NCBI GenBank assembly: GCA_030390025.1
Contig: JASTWF010000326.1
Location: 186,001 to 250,000 of the forward strand
DNA: 64,000 bases
Reading direction: 5' to 3'
Origin: Squalus acanthias
Lineage: Eukaryota
Shown here: positions 1-12,911 of the stretch, one piece after another
How the letters are laid out: each line of letters opens with the position of its first letter
Numbering within the stretch: position 1 is the stretch's first letter
Notes under the pieces: model-generated
Database searches by the model: none
Told to the model about the DNA's origin: nothing
What the model saw: only the letters and a program-made list of their open reading frames with translations
Translations under genes and position numbers: made by a program

Positions 1-529
1 TTTTTGATCTGGAAATCAATACAATAAATATGTAAAATGCTTAATAAAAGTTCAACCATTGTATTGAAATTAATGCAGTAATTGTCGGACCTAAAACCTA
101 AACTCTAACTTTAAGAAAAATGTTTTGCTTTCATGTTGAACCACAGAGGTAAAATCTCATCTCCACTCTAGATTCCAACGCTTAGTTTTGGTCGTGTTAG
201 CACTGTGACTAACTATTTATCCGTGCTTAGCACACTCTATAGATAAAAAAATGTATTCCCCTAAAAATCAATGCATGTGAGGATGGAGGTCTCAGCAGAC
301 CCACAGTGCCCCTTAGTCAAATAAGCCGAAACAGTGAAGGGTTGAAGTCCCATGGAGTCTTCCTGATCCCTCCGCCATAATTTTGGCAGAAAGTTGTTGG
401 AACCCCTGCAGAAATGACCACTTATATAATTTCTCCAGGGTTTCCACCGATCTCCCATCAAAGTTACGGTGGAGATCGGAAGAACTGCTGCTGAAAGTTT
501 AGGTACGACGAGCAACTGGCTAGTTAACC

Positions 530-790
530 AATGAGATCACAGCTGAGCCATATTTTGTCCTCAACCAACATTAATATATGCATGCTTTTCAGCAAGGGTC
601 ATTATACAGCAAACAGCAGCATCCCCAGGTTGTGTTTTTTATATATATTTCCCAGTTGAGATCATTTGTCATCCCTCAAATGACATCCCAGTTGAAATCA
701 GCAAAGTTAACAGACCAGAGATCAATCCGGGGACGTTTCTGCTTATATCACTCAGGTCATTTGCTTGCCCACTGAGCTAATAGAGGAGCT
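530..790 (-). mobile_element. Degenerate tRNA-derived SINE (AmnSINE2-like)
   Basis: Minus strand reads AGCTCCTCTATTAGCTCAGTGGG...GTCCCCGGATTGATCTCTGGTCTG, resembling A-box/B-box of a tRNA-derived head; heavily decayed. Confidence 0.4.
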
Positions 791-1283
791 GAGATTAAAA
801 ATAATTTAAACCCCTCGTATTAATTCATCATGCAATAATCAAACAACACATTCTACAGTTCCTCTTTCAGTTGTACTCTATATTTTCATTGCATACTAAG
901 AATCATGGTTATGATTTGTAATCCATTTCAAGGTCAAGTCCCACTAAACACCACTTCTAGCTATTGCAACTTCGATTTTATCTTGAGCCTTGATTGTAGT
1001 AATTGAATGGGCAATGAATGATGAACCATGTCACAACACAAACTGTCAGCTAGCAATAGTGGTAAAATCCTCACCTCAGATGTTTTGTGGTTGATTCAAA
1101 TTATATTGGACATTAAATTGAATATAAAGAGATGACAGTAATGAATTGTTATATTTGCTGGCAAAGGTCAAGAAATGGGACGTCTTCTTGTTTGTCAACG
1201 CCAGGTTTAAGTCATTCAAGTGCTGAGAGAAACATGTGCCATAAGTATTTACAGCAGCAAAGGGCTAGAAGAGCAACAGCAAC

Positions 1284-4200
1284 AGAGGGAGGGTGAACAG
1301 CCAGTTGTCGTGGTGCATATAGGTACCAACGATATAGGTAAAAACTGGGATGAGGTCCTAAAAGCTGAATATAGGGAGTTAGGAGGTAAATTAAAAAATA
1401 GGACCTCAAAGGTAGTAATCTCAGGATTGCTACCAGTGCCACGTGCTAGTCAGAGTAGAAATAGAAGGATATTTCAGATGAATACGTGGCTAGAGGAATG
1501 GTGAAAGGGGGAGGGATTCAAATTCCTGGGACATTGGAACCGGTTCTGGGAGAGGTGGGACCAGTACAAACTGGACGGTTTGCACCTGGGCAGGAGCGGG
1601 ACCGATGTCCTAGGGGGAGTGTTTGTTAGTGCTGTTGGGGAGGGTTTAAACTAAAATGGCAGGGGGTTGGGAACCTGTGCAGGGAGACAGAGGAAAGGGA
1701 AGCAAGGATAGAAGCAAAAGACAGGAAGGAGAAAAGCAAAAGTGGCAGTCAGAGAAATCAAGGGTGTAAATCAAACATGGCCACAGTAAATAATAATTCT
1801 AAAAGGTCTAAGAGTGTTAAAAAAACAAGCCTGAAGGCTTTGTGTCTTAATGCGAGGAGCATTCATAATAAGGTGGATGAATTAGCTGCGCAAATAGATG
1901 TAAACGGATATGATATAATTGGGATTACGGAGACATGGCTCCAGGGTGATCAAGGCTGGGAATTCAACATGTAGGGGTATTCAATATTCAGGAAAGACAG
2001 GCAAAAAGGAAAAGGAGGTGGGGTAGCATTGCTGGTTAAAGAGGAGATTAACACAATAGTAAGGAAGGATATTAGCTCTGATGATGTGGAATCTGTATGG
2101 GTAGAGCTGAGAAATACCAAGAGGCAGAAAACGTTAGTGGGAGTTGTATACAGACCCCCAAACAGTAATGCTGAGGTTGGGGATGGCATTAAATGGGAAA
2201 TTAGAGACGCGTGCAATAAGGGCACAGCAGTTATCATGGGTGACTTTAATCTACATATAGATTGAGCTAACCAAATTAGTAAACAATACTGTGGAGCAGG
2301 AATTCCGAGAGTGTATACGGGATGGTTTCCTGGACCAATATGTCGAGGAACCAACTAGAGATCAGGCCATCTTAGACTGGGTATTATGTAATGAGAAAGG
2401 ATTAATTAGCAATCTTGTTGTGCAAGGCCACTTAGGGAGGAGCGATCACAATGATAGAATTCTTCATTAAGTTGGAGAGTGAAGTAGTTGACTCAGAGAC
2501 TAGGGTCCTAAATTTAAATAAAGGAAACTACGATGGTATGAGGCGCAAATTGGCTAGGATGGATAGGGGAATGTTACTTAAAAGGTTGATGGTGGATAGG
2601 CAATGGCAAACATTTAAAGATCGCATGGATGAACTACAGAATTTGTTCATCCCTGTTTGGCATAAAAATAAAAAAAGTGACTCAACCGTGGCTAACAAGG
2701 GAAATTAGGGATAGCATAAGATCCAAGGAGAGGACATATAAATTGGCCAGAAAAAGCAGCAAACCTGAGGATTGGGAACAGTTTAGGATTCAGCAAAGGA
2801 GGACAAAGGGATTAATTAAGAGGGGGAAAATAGAGTACGAGAGTAAACCTGCAGGGAACATAAAAACTGACTGTAAAAGCTTCTATAGATAAGTGAAGAG
2901 AAAAAGATTGGTGAAGTCAAGCGTAGGTCCCTTGCAGTTAGAATCAGGGGAATTTATAACGGGGAACAAAGAAATGGCAGACCAATTACATACAAACTTT
3001 GGTTCTGTCTTCACAAAGGAGGACACAAATAACCTCCCAGAGATGTCGGGGAACATAGGGTCTAATGAGAGGGAAGAACTGAATGAAATCAGTATTTGTA
3101 GGGAAATTGACGGGATTGAAGGCCGATAAATCCCCAGGGCCTGATAATCTACATCCTAGGGTACTTAAGGAAGTGGCCCTAGAAATAGTAGATGCATTGC
3201 TGGTCATCTTCCAAAATTCTAGACTCTGGAACAGATCCCATGGATTGGAGGGTAGCTAATGTTACCCCACTATTTAAAAAAGGTGGGAGAGAGAAAACGG
3301 GGAATTATAGACCGGTAGGTAGTGGGGAAAATGCTAGAGTCCATTATAAAAGATGTAATAGCAGAGCACTTGGAAAACAGTGACAGGATCAGACAAAGTC
3401 AACATGGATTTACAAAAGGTAAATCATGCTTGACTAATCTACTGGAATTTTTTGAGGATGTAACTGGTAGAATAGATAAGGGAGAAACAGTGGATGTGGT
3501 GTATTTAGACTTTCAGAAGGCTTTCGATAAGGTCCCGAATAAGAGATTGGCGTGCAAAGTTAAAGCACATGGGATTGGGGGTAAGGTACTGACTTGGATA
3601 GAGAACTGGTTGGCAGACAGGAAGCAAAGAGTTGGAATAAACGGGTCTTTTTCCGAGTGGCAGGCAGTGACTAGTGCGGTACCGCAGAGATCGGTGCGAG
3701 AACCCCAGTTATTCATAATATATATTAATGATCTAGATGTAATATCTCCAAGTTTGCAGATGACACAAAGCTGGGTGGGCCTGTGTGTTGTGAGGAGGAT
3801 GCAGAGAAACTCCAGTATGATTTGGACAAGTTGGGTGATTGGGCAGATGCAGTATAATGTGGATAAATGCGAGGTTATCCACTTTGGTGGCAAAAACAGG
3901 AAGGCAGATTATTATCTGAACAGCAATAGATTGGGAAAAGGGGAAGTGCAACGAGACCTGGGAGTCCTTGTGCACCAGTCGCTGAAGGTAAGTATGCAGG
4001 TGCAGCAGGCGGTTAAGAAGGCAAATGGTATGTTGGCCTTCATAGCGAGAGGATTCGAGTACAGGAGCAAGGATGTCTTGCTGCAGTTGTACAAGGCCTT
4101 GGTGAGACCACACCTTGAGTATTGTGTGCAGTTTTGGGCGCCTTTTCTGAGGAAGGATGTTCTTGCCATGGAGGGAGTGCAGCGAAGATTCACCAGACTG

Positions 4201-4677
4201 ATACCTGGGATGGCAGGAATGACGTATGAAGAGAGATTGGGTCGATTAGGCTTATATTCGCTAGAGTTTAGAAGAATGAGAGGGGATCTCATTGAAACTT
4301 ATAAAATTCTAACAGGACTAGACAGACTAGATGCAGGAAGGATGATCCCGATGGCGGGGAGTCCAGAACCAGGGGTCACAGTCTGAGGATAAGGGGTAAG
4401 CCATTTAGGACCGAGATGAGGAGGAATTTCTTCACCCAGAGAGTGGTGAACCTGTGGAATTCTCTACCACAGAAGGCAGTTCAGGCCAATTCATTAAATA
4501 TATTTAAGAAGGCGTTAGATATATATCTTAAGGCTAAAGGGATCAAGGGATATGGGGAGAAAGCAGGGACAGGGTACTGAATTTGGATGATCAGCCATGA
4601 TCTCATTAAATGGCGGAGCAGGCGCGAGGGGCCGAATGGCCTACTCCTGCTCCTATCTTCTATGTTTCTATGTTTCA
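1284..4677 (+). mobile_element. CR1 LINE, 5'-truncated within ORF1; broken ORF1 esterase + ORF2 APE/RT
   Basis: VVVHIGTNDI (SGNH esterase, ORF 1220-1504); LNARSI, GITETWL, GVVYRPP, IMGDFN (APE); QHGF, YLDFQKAFDKV (RT); 3' UTR ending in (TTTCTATG)n tail. Multiple stops/frameshifts. Confidence 0.95.
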
Positions 4678-5353
4678 ATGGAATCAACAATACAAATTCT
4701 GCCATTCAACCTTTGACACATGAATGTTGCACTACTTTATTGTTAAAAATTAAAAGTACTCATTGTTATTAACAGCTACCTGCACGCCAATTGTTAGGCA
4801 AAATGAGAGATGAGGCAAGAATTCAAAACGAAATGTTGATGGCGAAAAAAATGCTACGGTTATTTTGACAATTTTTTCCGACTAAAACCAATATGCCTGA
4901 ATTTGCTGCAACTTGCGCTATGGTAATGACGTGTTAATGACACGTCATTGTTAATATGTAAAATATCAAGAAAATAATGGAGAGAGTTATGCCACAAGTT
5001 GCAATATGCATAGTTGGATGGTACATTTGCATCTCTCCGCCATCAGTCTCGCCAAAGCCAATAATAGTCCACTGTCGCCGCTTACCCACCATTGTAGTCA
5101 ATGTGGATCGCCAATTTGCTGGATTTGCACCATTATTCGCGCCGCAACCAGTTAAGACTGAAAAATTAATGGTGTGGGTGACCTGGTAAAGATATGACTT
5201 ATGGCCGGCACATTATTCTCTGGAAATTGTTCTAAGAGTACTTTTTGGGACATTTATTCTTGCCAGCTTTGCAATCCACAATTCTGTTCGTGTCTGAAGG
5301 CAATTATTTTCAGGGTCCTCACATAGTTCTACATGTTAGGAAGTTAAAGTATT

Positions 5354-5990
5354 GTGGTGATTGATCCACTGGGCATTCCCTTGTTCCTGATCATTATGGA
5401 CGACCTGGAGGAAGAGCAGAGGAGGCAGGTGCGCCATTTGAGGCAGCATGGTTGGAGACTGAAGCCATCTCGCTACTACCCTCCCCCAGAGATTGTACAG
5501 GGAATGGATGTAATTCGAGCACTTCAGCAAAGAAGCAATTGCCGCCTATGCGAGATGCTCCATGAAGACCTAAAGCCACGGCCCACCTCCCACAGGCCCT
5601 CCAGAACCCTAACGCAGTGGCAATGGAGGGGATGATGGCCCACAATATCCTTCCAGTCAGGCACTGGAGATCTCTAACTTCAGCCAAGGAGCTGCGAGGA
5701 ACTGCATTCAACAGGTGACAGATGCTATCTTCCACAGGGCATCCGACTTCATTAAATGCAACATGTCTCCTGCGCAGCAAAGAGACAGGTACAGCAACTT
5801 CCTCAGAACTGCAGGCTTTCGCAGGGGGCTAGCAATGGGACACACATGCTGCTGAAGGCTCCACTTGAGTAACCCGTCACTTGTATCAACAGGACGTGTT
5901 ATCACTCGCTAAATGTGCTAATTGTCTACGATGCCCAGCTGAGGATTCTGCATGTAAACTCAGAGCATTGGGGAAGCGCCAATGATGGGG
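5354..5990 (+). pseudogene. Decayed PIF/Harbinger transposase (HARBI1-like DDE) fragment
   Basis: 5882-5989 translates to CINRTCYHSLNVLIVYDAQLRILHVNSEHWGSAND, matching the Harbinger motif NRKGxHSLNVQ..CD...I......PGS.HD; upstream pieces RLCEMLHEDLKP and VTDAIFHRASDFI also fit; frameshifted. Confidence 0.8.
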
Positions 5991-6089
5991 ATTAAAAGAC
6001 ACAAGAGATTACTTTTTATAGCCTTTTGAAAGTTTTTTTTTAAAACTGTAATAACTTTTTATTTAAAGTTGATTTAGGTTGATTTTAAC

Positions 6090-6600
6090 CCTGACTTGAG
6101 TTTCAGACCCCACATCCTTTTCATCACCAAGATGACCAATTTCTGCCTGTAACAGCACCCACCTCTGTTCTTGCCCCACTCCCATGCTAGATTATACTTT
6201 TCATCCAAGTCTGTTACCTCCAGGCTCAATTTCTCTGCTCACTACCCTCCTGAGCTCCACACTACACAATATCCAACACGTCCAAACTCTACAAGCCACA
6301 TCCTATCCCATACTAAGCTTTGCTCACCTATCACTCATTGTCCTCGCCAATCACTTCTTCTACCGCATCCTCACTCCATCCTACCACAGTCATCTCCTTC
6401 ACCCAAGCTCATGCCCTCAGCTCTTCTGACTCTGGCCTACTGTGCAGCACTTGCCACTTATCTATCAAGGGTGGCACAGCCGTCAGCCATCACACACCCA
6501 CATGGTGGAATTCTCTTCCAAAACCACTCCACCTTGCTACATCTCTCTCTACCTACAAAATTTTTCTGTGAAGTTGTACCTTCGGCCACGCCTTTAATAC
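6090..6600 (+). mobile_element. L2 LINE 3' remnant
   Basis: C-rich segment with L2-type motifs (CTAGATTAT, GTCCAAACTCT, TCTGACTCTGGCCT, TGGAATTCTCTTCC); similar to the minus-strand L2 at 54.2-55.1 kb. Confidence 0.65.
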
Positions 6601-8098
6601 CCTCTATCTCTACTGAATGTCACAATCCGCACCAACCCCCACCCCTCAAAGATACCTATTTCAGTGGCTTTGGCTACACAATGTTAGTAGTTCTCTGAAT
6701 ACATGGGAAGTCAAAAAGACACACAACATATTCTTCGATGTGCTGAAGCAGAGTTTTTTTTTATTTGACACACCCAACACATAATTGTAACTGCTATATC
6801 CATCCAACATAGTCTATCTGAAAAGCTGTTCAGAATTTTGTTAAATTAACTTTAATTGAATGTTCCAAATGTGCTTTTTCCTGACCTTTTAATGAGAGCC
6901 AGAGACAAGTTGCCTTGCTTAAAATACAGGGTGACCCTAGTATTATGATCTGAATTACACAAAGCTAATAGATTGGTAGCAAAATCTGGAAGGCTGTGGG
7001 CAAATTAAATGTAGGGAGGAATGTTACATCCATGAAAGTCCTTATGCAGAACACTGAGGCAATGGACATAGGACTCTCCAATAACAAATGAAATCCTATT
7101 TACACAGGAAAACCTTTCAATAATTTGCTCTACACAGAGACAACCTCCCCACTGGCAGCAAGGTCATTCCTACTGGCAGATTTGTACTCTGACATGAGAT
7201 CAATGGGTTATGCAGGATCCCGAAGTGTGATGTTTTATCAATAGAAAACATCTATGAAACAAATTATTAGGAAACTAGCACCATATTAGCCATATTCTGA
7301 TATATTTTTTCAAAAACAGTACATGCAAAATTTCTTAAAGCTGCACACAAGCATGTTGGTGAAAGACTAATCAGGAGCTGAGACACCTGAAAAAAGTAAT
7401 TCAACGTCTTTGATACTTATAAAGCTTTACGGTAGGCAAGAAATTGCTGGCACATCCATAAATAAAGTTTATCTTTCAAATATTTAAAGGTATAGTATAT
7501 TTGGAAGATCATGCTGAGCTATAAAGCAACACTAGAAGCAAAACCTACTTGCTAACTTGATTTTCTCCCTTGAGCACTGTGCTTGCTTGCATTGAAAAGA
7601 ATTTCAAAATAATTGTGGAATTATCAAATTTTAATTTGCATCTGAAGAATGCAAACAAGATTTGATGAAAAATTGTAGCATTCGGACTTTTAATAGACTT
7701 TTTTTTTGAAAGCACCAAAAGCTCATTAAAACTTTGTTCCATCAGCATCAATATAATTAATCCACAAGGTAGAGGGTATTTCTTTTGGATATCTGTGGCA
7801 CTGTAGCCATTAGATACCTTTCATTTCAGCTGTAAGGCATACATTTTTCTTGATATTAAACCAGGAACAGGCGTAAGACACACCTAAGGTCACGTTTATT
7901 GTGGGACCACTGTGTTACAGCGCAAGTCTGTCATATGTCAGCAGCTCAATGATCCTACTTTCAAAAGCAAATGCACATAAACATCTGACTGTACAGTGCA
8001 ATCCGTACTCCATCCATAATCAGAAGAGCACTACATAGGGTAACAGAAGTATCCGGAGCACAACTTTAAATCCAAAAACAAAGGACAGAGATACTCAC

Positions 8099-8123
8099 TG
8101 GAGCCAAAGAGGTTGAAGACAAC
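8099..8123 (-). other. Candidate 25-nt exon of unidentified host gene
   Basis: Minus strand: gtttgttttttcctactggcag|GTTGTCTTCAACCTCTTTGGCTCCA|gtgagtat; good acceptor and donor, no stop in any frame, in non-repeat sequence. Confidence 0.35.
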
Positions 8124-8473
8124 CTGCCAGTAGGAAAAAACAAACCCTCGTGTGTCTCAGCCTTCAATTAAACATTCTGTTCTGCCTCTTGGAGAATGCA
8201 TAGTTCACAAGAGATGCTGAAAAGCAACCGGCAGCCTAGGCCTCATTAATTGGGAAGGAGCTGACAGGGGCAAGGGGGATGCACCCTCGACAGCTTCCTT
8301 GAGAGCAGCAGGATAATTTTTAATTTGCAGCCAAATACTCATCTTGTTATGGGAATATTAAATGAATATAAATTTAGTTCTCATTCAGTCAGCTTCTATG
8401 AATAACACTGCCAAATTAACTCGGACACTGGGACAAAATTCCAGTCCGAATGATTAGGCCAAAATAAAATAAT

Positions 8474-9231
8474 GGGCCATAATTTGCTGCAAGAGGACAT
8501 CTAACGGCATCTGCCATTAGACTTGCCCTCGTACGTTTAGGTTTTTCAATTTTCTGCATGGCAAGCTGATAACATCGCAGCGAGGGAAACCAGGCATCTG
8601 GGACCAGAGTCCCAAGTGAACATGGCAAGCAACTGTGTATCTCCTTAACCAATCAGATTAAAGGATTGTGAAATTAATAGTGTAAGGACCAAGAAGGAAG
8701 TGTAAATTACAGTGGGTGAATTTAATGCCAGATCAGGTTCAGAAAGAGAATGAGAGGGGGAAAAAAATTGGATTCAGAAAGAGATGGAAAGGAAAGTTAA
8801 AAAAAATTTGAATTTTAAACTTTACATTTTTAAAATCTCCAACAATTAAAACCTGAAATAATGTGACTCCACACTTGTAAGAGTTCATTTTCAGTGCCAG
8901 AGAGGTTCTTTGGCAGTAATTAACACTTACATTGTTAAAAGGGTACGTAGATTGAAATGGACAAGACATATCTTTCTGTGACGAGTGTAGTTTGTATCTA
9001 CGATGCAACTACAGCACCTTCACATCATTCAATGCAGGTCAATGGTGAGACAAACAGGAAGATGCCATTTCTGCAAATCTAACAGTGGAGCAGTGCATCT
9101 TGGACAGCAACTTTTGGATTTCTGCATTTAACCGGGCATCTGCTCCTAGCCTGAAGTTGCTGTACCATTTTCACATAAATAACGGTGAGCACGATTAGCC
9201 TCACCGTTATTTTGACAGCAAATTATAGGCC
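8474..9231. mobile_element. Non-autonomous DNA transposon (Harbinger-like MITE), TSD AAT
   Basis: TIRs GGGCCATAATTTGCTG / CAGCAAATTATAGGCC, flanked by AAT on both sides; subterminal hairpin ATAACGGTGAG...CTCACCGTTAT. Confidence 0.75.
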
Positions 9232-9835
9232 AATTAGTTTTGTAGGATTTCCAACAATTATTGTTATGGTGGAGGAAGCTTCTTTTCCCCTCTTCAATCA
9301 GATAATATATGATCCGAGAGGTTCCATTATTTTTAAGTTTCTTAGATACAAATAAGTATATTTTCTATCATGCGGACTTATGCTATCTGGCTTGTGTAAT
9401 ATGCTTGGTATAAGGTTTCACATTTCATTATTTATCATATAACATCTGTAAAATGTTTATTGTTCTTTTTAATTTTGAATATTGCAAAGCAGAATTACAG
9501 AATATATAGTATAGGTACAAATAGCATTCCTTAAATCACCATGAGACATTTTCTAGACTATTGGGCATTTTGGCACTATTTTCTTCCTTCCATTTTCTGC
9601 CTGTTTTCTCCTCTCCTGAAGGTACTGACTCCTTGCTGAGGTATGGCCACATGAATGCTCGTTGCCCTTAGGTACTTTGCCCAAGTGGCCCTTTTTGTGA
9701 ATCTTGGCAACGAACGTTGCAGACTATTTGACAACATTGCAGCCAAGTCAATCTTTTCCTGGCAATTTCTACAGAACCATTATTTCCATCTCCACAATAT
9801 CACCTATTTCTGGCCCTGGGAACCTAAGTGTGGGC

Positions 9836-12800
9836 CCAGAATGGAGAGAAACAAAGCTGGAAGTGAAAGTTAGAAAAGTAGTCAGCAAAACTAGTAGGGA
9901 GCAGAAACAAAGGCCAACAGTAAAGAGGGTCAAAGTGCAGAAAAATATTAAACAGGCAAAGTTGAAGGCACTTTATCTAAATGCACGTAGCATTTGCAAC
10001 AAGGTGGATAAATTAATGGCACAAATAGAAGTAAATGGGTATGGTGTAATTGCCATTACAGAGACATGGTTGCAGGGTAACCAAAGCTGGGAATTGAATG
10101 TTCCAGGGTACTCAACATTTAGGAAGGACAGACAAAAAGGAAAAGGAGGTGGCATAGCGCTGTTAATAAGGGATGAGATCTGTACGGTAGAGATAAAAGA
10201 TCTTGGCTCGGCAGATCGTGATGTAGAACTGGAATCAGTTTGGGTGGAGCTAAGAAACAGCAAAGGGCAGAAAACATTGGTGGGAGTTGTGTATAGGCCA
10301 CCAAACAGTAATGGTAATGTAGGGCACAGTATCAATCAAGAAATTAGAAGTGCATGTAACAAGGGCAATACGGTAATCATGGGGGACTTTAATCTACATA
10401 TTGACTGGGCAAATCAAATTACCACTAATGGTGTGGCGGACGAATTCTTGGAATGCATGTGAGATGGTTTCCTGGATCAGTGTGTGGAGGAACCAACCAG
10501 GGAACAGGCTATTCTGGATCTGGTACTGTGTAATGAGAAAGGGCTAATCAATAATTTTGTGGTAAAGGGGCCTTTAGGGACAAGTGACCATAATATGATT
10601 GAATTTTACATTAAGTTTGAGAGTGATGTAGTCCAATCTGAAACTAAAGGTCTTCAATCTAAACAGAGGAAACTGGAAGGGTATGAGGGACAAGTTGGCC
10701 AAGGTAGATTGGGAGACTACACTAAAAGGTATGAAGGTGGACATACAATGGCTAACATTCAAGGAAATAATGCATAATTTGCAACAAACATATATTCCTC
10801 TAGGGCATAAAAACCCAAAAGGAAAAGTGATCCAACCATGGCTAACAAAAGAAATTAAAGCTAGTATTAAGTCAAAGGAGGAAGCTTATAAAGTTGCCAG
10901 AAAAAGCAGTCAGCCTGAGGATTGGGATCTTTTTAGAAATCAGCAAAGGGGGACCAAGAAATTGATAAAGAAAGAGAAAATGGAATATGAGCACAAACTA
11001 GCGAAAAATATAAAAACGGATTGTAAAAGCTTCTATAGGTATGTGAAAAGGAAAAGACTGGCGAAGCTAAATGTAGGTCCTTTACAGTCAGAGACGGGAG
11101 AATTTATAATGGGGAATGAGGAAATGGCAGAGAAATTAAATAAATACTTTGTTTCTGTCTTCACGGAGGAAGACAAAAAACCTCCCAGAAATACGAGAAA
11201 ACCAAGGGTGTGGTGAGAATGAGGAACTTAAAGAAATTATTAGTAAAAAAACAGTACTAGCAAAATTAATGGGACTAAAAGTCAATAAATCCCAAGGACC
11301 GGATGACCTACATCCTAGGGTTTTGAAAGAGGTGGCCATTGGGATAGTGGACGCATTGGTTGTCATCTTCCAAAATTTTATAGATTCTGGAATGGTTCCT
11401 GCAGATTGGAGGATAGCAAATGTAACCCCGCTATTTAAGAAAAGGAGGGAGGGAGAGAGAAAATGGGGAACTACAGACCGGTTAGCCTCACATCAGTAGT
11501 TGGGAAAATGCTGGAATCTATTATAAAGGATGCAGTAACTGGGCACTTAGAAACTAATAGTAAGATTGGGCAGAGTCAACATGGATTTATGAAAGGGAAA
11601 TCCTGTTTGACAAACCTATTGGAGTTCTTTGAGGATGTAACTAGTGGAGATGACAAAGGGGAACTGGTAGATGTGGTGTATTTGGATTTTCAGAAGGCCT
11701 TCGATAAGGTCCCACACAAGAGGTTGGTGAACAAAATTAGGGCACATGGAATTGGGGGCAATATACTAGCATGGACTGAGAATTGGTTAACAGACAGAAA
11801 ACAAAGAGTTGGGATAAACGGGTCTTTTTCAGGATGGCAGGCTGTGACTAGTGGGGTACCGCAAGGATCGGTGCTTGGGCCCCAGCTATTCACAATCGAT
11901 ATCAATGATTTGGATGAGGGGACTAAATGTAACATTTCCAAATTTGCTGATGATACAAAGCTAGGTGTCAGTGTCAGTTGTGAAAAGGATGTGAAGAGGC
12001 TTCAAGGGGATCTCGACAGGCTCAGTGAGTGGGCGAGAACATGGCAGATGGAATATAATGTGGATAAATGTGAAGTTATCCACTTTGGTAGAAAAAACAG
12101 AAAGGCAGAGTATTTTCTAAATGGTGAAAGATTGGGGAATGCAGATGCTCAAAAAGGACCTGGGTGTCCTTGTATATGAGTCACTGAAAGTGAATGTGCA
12201 GGTACAGCAAGCCATTAGGAAGGCAAATGGTATGCTGGCCTTCATTACAAGAGGATGAGAGTACAGGAGTAAAGAAGTCTTACTCCAATTATACAGGGCC
12301 TTGGTGAGACCACACCTGGAGAACTGTGTACAATTTTGGTATCCTTACCTAAGGAAGGATATACTTGCCATAGAGGGAGGGCAACGAAGGTTCACGAGAT
12401 TGATTCCTGGGATGGCGGGATTGTCATGTGAGAAGAGATCGAGTAAACTAGGTCTGTATTTTCTTGAATTCAGAAGAATGAGAGGGGATCTGATTGAAGC
12501 ATACAAAATTATTACAGGGCTTGATAGGGTGGATGCTGGGAGAATGTTTTCCTTGGCTGGGGAGTCTAGAACCAGGGGCCACAGCCTCAGGATAAAGGGT
12601 AGGCCATTCAGGAACGAGATGAAAAGAAATTTCTTCACACAGAGGGTGGTGAATCTTTGGAATTCTCTACCCCAGAGGGCTGTGGAGGCTCAGTCATTGG
12701 GTATATTCAAAACAGAAGTCGATAGATTTCTGACTAGTAAAGGCATCAAGGAATATGGCGATAGGGCCGGTGAATGGAGTTGAGGCAGAAAATCAGCCAT

Positions 12801-12869
12801 GATCACATTGAATGGCGGAGCAGGCTCGAAGGGCCGAATGGCCTACTTCTGCTCCTATTTCTTATGTTC
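9836..12869 (+). mobile_element. CR1 LINE, near-complete but disrupted ORF2 (APE+RT)
   Basis: ORFs 9704-10462 (YLNARSI, AITETWL, GDFN), 11463-12179 (QHGF, PQGSVLGP, KFADD), 12301-12783; tail ATTTCTTATGTTC. Confidence 0.95.
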
Positions 12870-12911
12870 ATAGCCACCCCACTTCCTATTAATGCCCTTG
12901 TCTCCCCAAGG

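Noticed and set aside
5354..5990. Domesticated HARBI1 gene
   Set aside because: Frameshifted and truncated; consistent with a dead transposon copy.
6171..6698. 175-aa S/P/H-rich ORF
   Set aside because: Reading through a C-rich L2 remnant.
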